This document shows positions 62,402 through 64,000 of a stretch of DNA of 64,000 bases, one piece after another (position 1 is the stretch's first letter; each line of letters starts with the position of its first letter). Both the position numbers and the translations under genes were made by a program. Source of the stretch: an uncultured Porphyromonadaceae bacterium (lineage in GTDB: Bacteria; Bacteroidota; Bacteroidia; Bacteroidales; Muribaculaceae); assembly GCA_947174995.1 (NCBI GenBank), contig CAMWLC010000004.1:6428-70427 (forward strand), in the 5' to 3' direction. The notes beneath the pieces were generated by a model that saw only the letters and a program-made list of their open reading frames with translations, did no database searches and was not told the DNA's origin.

Positions 62402-64000
62402 ATGACTGAAATGACAAGTACGAAACATAATGTGATGCGCCGCGCCGCGGCTTTGCTGATCCTGCTTCTCGGAGTGGCGGGAATGATGCGCGGCGCCTCG
62501 GTGCAGCTCCGCGTGGAGGGAATGAGAGGAGGCGACATAGAGGTCGGTTCCAAATTCTACATATCCTATATAGTGGCCGATATGACCGACGAGCCAAAAC
62601 CTCCGACATCCGTGCCGGGAGCCACGGTGAATTACTTCACTCTCAGTGGTCACTCATCATCCTTCACCAGCGTCAACGGCCAGACCACCTCGAGCGTCAG
62701 GCTGACCTATACTGCCACGCTCACGGCCACAAAGGAGGGGAGCTATACATTCGGCCCGGTCACGGTGGGCGGCGTGAAGAGCAATGTGGTGAAATACACC
62801 ATCGTGCCCCGAGGACAGGCTGCTTCCCGCCAGCCGGGTAGCACCCCCGCAGTTGCCGGTGCACGTAACTCCGGCGGACAGTCGCAGCAGCCGGACACAC
62901 GACAGGAGGACGACGACACCCCAAAATTCATAGGTAAGGGAAACGACAACATCTTCCTCCGTGCCAGCGTGTCCAAAACCACCGCCTGGGAGCAGGAGGC
63001 GCTTGTCTACACAGTCAAGCTATACACCACATATTCCCCCATCAAGTTTATCGGGGCAACTGACGCTCCGAAATTCGACGGCTTCGTGGTGGAGGAATCC
63101 GACAACGTTTCGCACGAACTCACATTCGAGACCTACAACGGCAAACAGTATTCCACAGCCGTCATAGCCCGCTACATCATCTTCCCCCAGATGGAGGGCA
63201 AGCTGGTCGTAAAGGGCAACACATACACCGTCAGCACGGATGAGAGGGAGTATTATCACGACCCCTTCTTCCAGACCGTGTCCGTGCGCCGCCCGATACA
63301 GCTTAATGTCACGCCTAACGATCTCGTGGTCAACGTCAGGGCTCTCCCCACGCCACAGCCCGCGAATTTCTCGGGCGGAGTGGGTCAGTTCACCATATCC
63401 TCAAGTCTCGCCACAGACCGTCTGCGTGCCAACGAGGCCGCTTCGGTGGTATATACCATCCAAGGCTCGGGCAACATCAAGTATGTCCATCTTCCGGACC
63501 TGAATGCCCTCTATCCCTCGGAGCTTGAGGTGTATTCGCCGAAGACTGATGTCTCGGCCACGGTAGGGGCCTCGAATGTCAGCGGCACGGCACGCTTCGA
63601 TTATTCCTTCATGCCCATGGAGGAGGGTAACTTCAAGATTCCCGCCGTGGAGCTCTGCTATTTCAATCCCTCCACAGGCCGTTACGAGACGACGAGCACG
63701 CGCGGATATGAAGTGCAGGTGAGGAAGGGTGTCGGCGGGGGGGCATCGCAGACACGTGACCGTCTGAAATTCGACTCGGCCCTTATGACGCCTGAGAAGC
63801 TGTCGCGAGACCATACACCGCTTGTGTATGTATGGACTTACTGGTTGTGGTATATCATCCCGTTCATCGTGCTCATGACGGCGGTGGTGGTATACCGCAA
63901 GCGCATCGAGCAGCAAGCCGACCTCGTGGGTCTCCGCAGCCGCAAGGCCGGAAAGGTGGCCGCACGCCGTCTGAAAAAGGCGCGTGCATGCGTAGCCTCA
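62402..64000 (+). CDS. batD: BatD (oxygen-tolerance) protein, 3'-truncated by the window edge
   Basis: This frame is open from the ATG at 62402 to the window end (translated by hand; absent from the track because there is no stop). It has a signal peptide, BatD-like repeats and a late TM helix (YWLWYIIPFIVLMTAVVV). Starts at 62411 or 62432 are also possible. Confidence 0.7.
   Translation, partial: MTEMTSTKHNVMRRAAALLILLLGVAGMMRGASVQLRVEGMRGGDIEVGSKFYISYIVADMTDEPKPPTSVPGATVNYFTLSGHSSSFTSVNGQTTSSVRLTYTATLTATKEGSYTFGPVTVGGVKSNVVKYTIVPRGQAASRQPGSTPAVAGARNSGGQSQQPDTRQEDDDTPKFIGKGNDNIFLRASVSKTTAWEQEALVYTVKLYTTYSPIKFIGATDAPKFDGFVVEESDNVSHELTFETYNGKQYSTAVIARYIIFPQMEGKLVVKGNTYTVSTDEREYYHDPFFQTVSVRRPIQLNVTPNDLVVNVRALPTPQPANFSGGVGQFTISSSLATDRLRANEAASVVYTIQGSGNIKYVHLPDLNALYPSELEVYSPKTDVSATVGASNVSGTARFDYSFMPMEEGNFKIPAVELCYFNPSTGRYETTSTRGYEVQVRKGVGGGASQTRDRLKFDSALMTPEKLSRDHTPLVYVWTYWLWYIIPFIVLMTAVVVYRKRIEQQADLVGLRSRKAGKVAARRLKKARACVAS

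Overview
This looks like a chromosomal segment of a Bacteroidota (Bacteroidales-type) genome. Supporting signs are TAnnTTTG -7 promoter boxes, a BatA-D aerotolerance operon, a hybrid two-component regulator and many type IX secretion (T9SS) C-terminal sorting domains. About 50 protein genes are mostly housekeeping: rsmE, kdsA, kdsB, tnaA, ndk, pfp, mdh, tsaC, mtnN, topB, mazG, nrnA, glmM, sppA, lpxK, a purine nucleoside phosphorylase, thiL and moxR-DUF58-batABCD. There is one tRNA-Cys. Accessory content includes at least five intact T9SS cargo genes: a 1219-aa protein of unknown function, a C10 protease, a C10-prodomain-only protein, a DUF4960-like protein, and a 1376-aa GH32-like/2xDUF4960 protein. 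It also includes a secreted WG-repeat/caspase protein. A fructan-type locus (fructose-sensor-like HTCS plus GH32) has no SusC/SusD genes. No CRISPR array, rRNA, transposase, integrase or recognisable defence operon is visible. The most unusual signal is non-coding. A ~196-bp element with perfect 21-22-bp terminal inverted repeats occurs in three near-identical copies (3109-3303, 33570-33766, 33998-34193). A fourth, strongly diverged copy (24633-24830) preserves the internal stems through compensatory base changes, which argues for a conserved fold in a MITE-like or structured-RNA element. Its ends carry outward-facing promoter-like boxes, and isolated ends occur upstream of several genes. Other notable points are a REP-like GAGGAGGC/GCCTCCTC hairpin family and a visibly lower-GC ~2.9-kb island. 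In that island, an AAA-ATPase/PD-(D/E)XK gene is bracketed by a ~125-bp direct duplication of the neighbouring gene's 3' end. The GH32-like domain has Glu where the canonical nucleophile Asp sits. All family assignments come from motif recognition by eye in the supplied translations, and none has been checked against a database.
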